Shown here: positions 62,131-64,000 of the stretch, one piece after another
How positions within the stretch are numbered: the stretch's first letter is position 1
How the letters are laid out: every line of letters starts with the position of its first letter
Assembly: GCA_963829765.1 (NCBI GenBank)
Contig: CAWHKI010000160.1
Coordinates: forward strand, 26,997 to 90,996
Length of the DNA: 64,000 bases
Direction: 5' to 3'
From: an uncultured Isosphaeraceae bacterium
GTDB taxonomy: Bacteria > Planctomycetota > Planctomycetia > Isosphaerales > Isosphaeraceae
Position numbers and translations under genes: made by a program
The notes under the pieces: generated by a model
Databases searched by the model: none
Told to the model about the DNA's origin: nothing
Seen by the model: the letters and a program-made list of their open reading frames with translations, nothing else

Positions 62131-63098
62131 TCAGGAAATTGAGTAGGTGCTTAATGCTTGCTCGGCCAGAACAAGGGCACCCCGAACTGGGTCGGTAACC
62201 GGTGTAATGTCCGGCTTATAGCCCTGTCGCATAAGGTAACCGATCATGCGTTGTTGTACGAGCTCGGCGGAGAGGAGAAATCCACCGGCTATTGCCAAGG
62301 GAAGTGTTCCTGACGTCCACCCAAGCGATCGAGCTACAGCGCTAACAATCTCAGCGAGTGCGGCACCGGCAGGGGTTAACAGTTGGTCGGCAGTCTCGGG
62401 TGCTTCAGCACATGCTGTAAGAACCTCGGGGGCGAGTGAAGCGAGTCTTGAACGAGTAACTGAATGTGAATAAATTGCTGTGATGATTTGCGCTGTGTTA
62501 GTTACGCCAAGCGCGGCGCACATCCGCTCGGTTAGGGGGTCACGCCCCACGACTTGGATATCACGACCATCGGCTCGGCGAGCAACCAATCGCAATGCAT
62601 CCAACACAACGCCATAGGCACTCCCTTCATCGCCGATGAGGTAACCCCACCCCCCGCACGTGCGGTTTGTCCATCCTTTGTTCGGCCCACTGCAATCGAG
62701 CCGGTACCTGCAATAACCCCAACGCCCCAGCCCGCTGTCGTGCCAGCAGCGATAACCAAATCGCCATCGTTGACGATGAGGATGTTGCGAGCCCAACATG
62801 CATGTTCGACCCATTCCTTGAGGAGATTGCGGTCGTCGGGCCGATCGAATCCAGCCAGTCCAAGGCAGATAACATCAACGGGTGCAGGTAGGAGGCCAGC
62901 GGCATGGAACGCGCGACGGATCGCGGTATCAAGAGCTAGACGAGCAGCCTCCGGGCCAACAGCCTTTGCGTTTGATGGCCCAGCTGTACCACGACCCAAG
63001 ATGTTGCAACCGGGCTTAGCGAGCCATGCTTCCGTGGTTGTGCCTCCGCCGTCGATTCCGAGCAACTGTACTGGTTTAGGTGGCAACGGAAACGTCAT
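62131..63098 (-). CDS. BadF/BadG/BcrA/BcrD-type ATPase, N-acetylglucosamine kinase-like (one frame break ~62640)
   Basis: LLGIDGGGTTTEAWL, GLAGFDRPDD, VIAGTGSIAVG and GGWGYLIGDEGSAYG. ATGA overlap with the murQ stop. Confidence 0.75.
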
Positions 63099-63993
63099 TG
63101 TGGTTTCTGCCCGCCGGCAGCCTCTACCGCACCACGGACCTCGCCGCCTTGAGAATCCAAAAGCGCCTGTGCGATGCGCGGTTCTACACCTGTTAATGCA
63201 ACGACCAACGCTCGTTTCAAATGGCCACCACATTGCGACAGGATGTGGACCGATTGCGCAGTCATCCATACCCGTTAACTCTCGGAGAATTCGCCGGCTA
63301 CGGATTCGTAACTTCTCGTTGGATGGCATGAAGATCTACCATCCTGTTGCCTAGCGTCTTTCCAATCCGTACCATCGCCCCGGTTGAGATCATGTTTAGG
63401 ATCATCTTCGTGGCGGTTCCTGCCTTCAATCGGGTGGATCCGGCAATAACCTCGGCGCCGACAAGTGGTGCAATCTCGAGGTCAACCTCTCTACCCAGCA
63501 AACTAGGACGATTACACGTAAGTCCTACGGTGCTTGCACCTCGCCGTTTGGCTTCCTGCACTGCCCCGAGAACATAGGGTGTCCGGCCGGATGTGGCGAT
63601 GCCGATAACCAAGTCGTTCGCCTGGACTTGGAGATTGCTGATATCGTCGACTCCTTGCTGAAAGTTATCTTCGGCACCTTCAACCGCTTGGGTCAGCGCG
63701 GTCAGACCTCCCGCGATCAATCCAACTATCATACCAGGAGGAGTTTTAAAAGTTGGGGGACACTCCGATGCATCAAGGACACCCAGGCGTCCTGAAGTGC
63801 CCGCGCCTACATAAATCAATCGCCCGCCTCGGCGCAAGTGATCGGCAGCCCTATCGATTGCCTGAGCAATCGATTCGGTTTCAGCCTCAACCGCCTCGAT
63901 AACCTTGGCATCTTCCGAGTTCATCAGCCTGACGATCTCCAAGGAACTCAGGGTATCGATGAACTCGGATCCCGCATTTCGCGATTCGGTCAA
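63095..63993 (-). CDS. murQ: N-acetylmuramic acid 6-phosphate etherase (2 frame breaks; 5' end may lie beyond the window)
   Basis: [30 protein letters not shown], the SIS motif [42 protein letters not shown], and [18 protein letters not shown] in a shifted frame. The frame is still open upstream of the TTG at 63993. Confidence 0.8.
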
Positions 63994-64000
63994 GAGGTGG

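Noticed and set aside
60896-63354. ORFs 60896..61651 + (251 aa) and 62554..63354 + (266 aa).
   Set aside because: They are antisense to the P-type ATPase and to the kinase/murQ genes respectively. They carry no motifs.

Overview
Visibly GC-rich bacterial chromosome segment. The gene content is typical of Planctomycetota: a PSCyt/DUF1549/DUF1553 + DUF1501 pair, a PEP-CTERM protein, secreted TPR proteins and a giant P-domain/BNR/FG-GAP surface protein. Housekeeping genes are recognisable by motif: ABC transporter with GntR regulator, tRNA-Leu(GAG), pilT-like ATPase, GH51 arabinofuranosidase, rseP, dxr, uvrC, GH57 glucanotransferase, glgA, murQ and a BadF-type sugar kinase. Between them lie accessory segments: (1) a 3.6-kb insertion (5.9-9.5 kb) bounded by 46-bp direct repeats, carrying an Rpn-like nuclease, a gutted reverse transcriptase, a PEP-CTERM gene and a RAYT transposase with REP repeats; (2) a two-gene RES-toxin module next to tRNA-Leu; (3) a ~9-kb junkyard island (35.0-44.3 kb) between two glycogen genes, with an orphan Rhs toxin/immunity cassette, a YafQ/DinJ-like pair, IS/HNH/DUF433 remnants and several repeat families. 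Two co-directional clusters look like candidate undescribed systems. One is an 8-gene cluster at 14.6-21.1 kb (PflX-type radical SAM, Ycf46-like AAA+, DUF1257, DUF2997, dead S26 peptidase with zinc ribbon, TPR, PilT). The other is an operon at 55.6-61.7 kb pairing an active CPx-less P-type ATPase with a catalytically degenerate paralog and three small proteins. Major caveat: I count roughly 40-50 reading-frame breaks, including in essential genes, so this assembly almost certainly carries indel errors. Gene ends given for broken genes are reconstructions from joining ORF-track pieces by eye.
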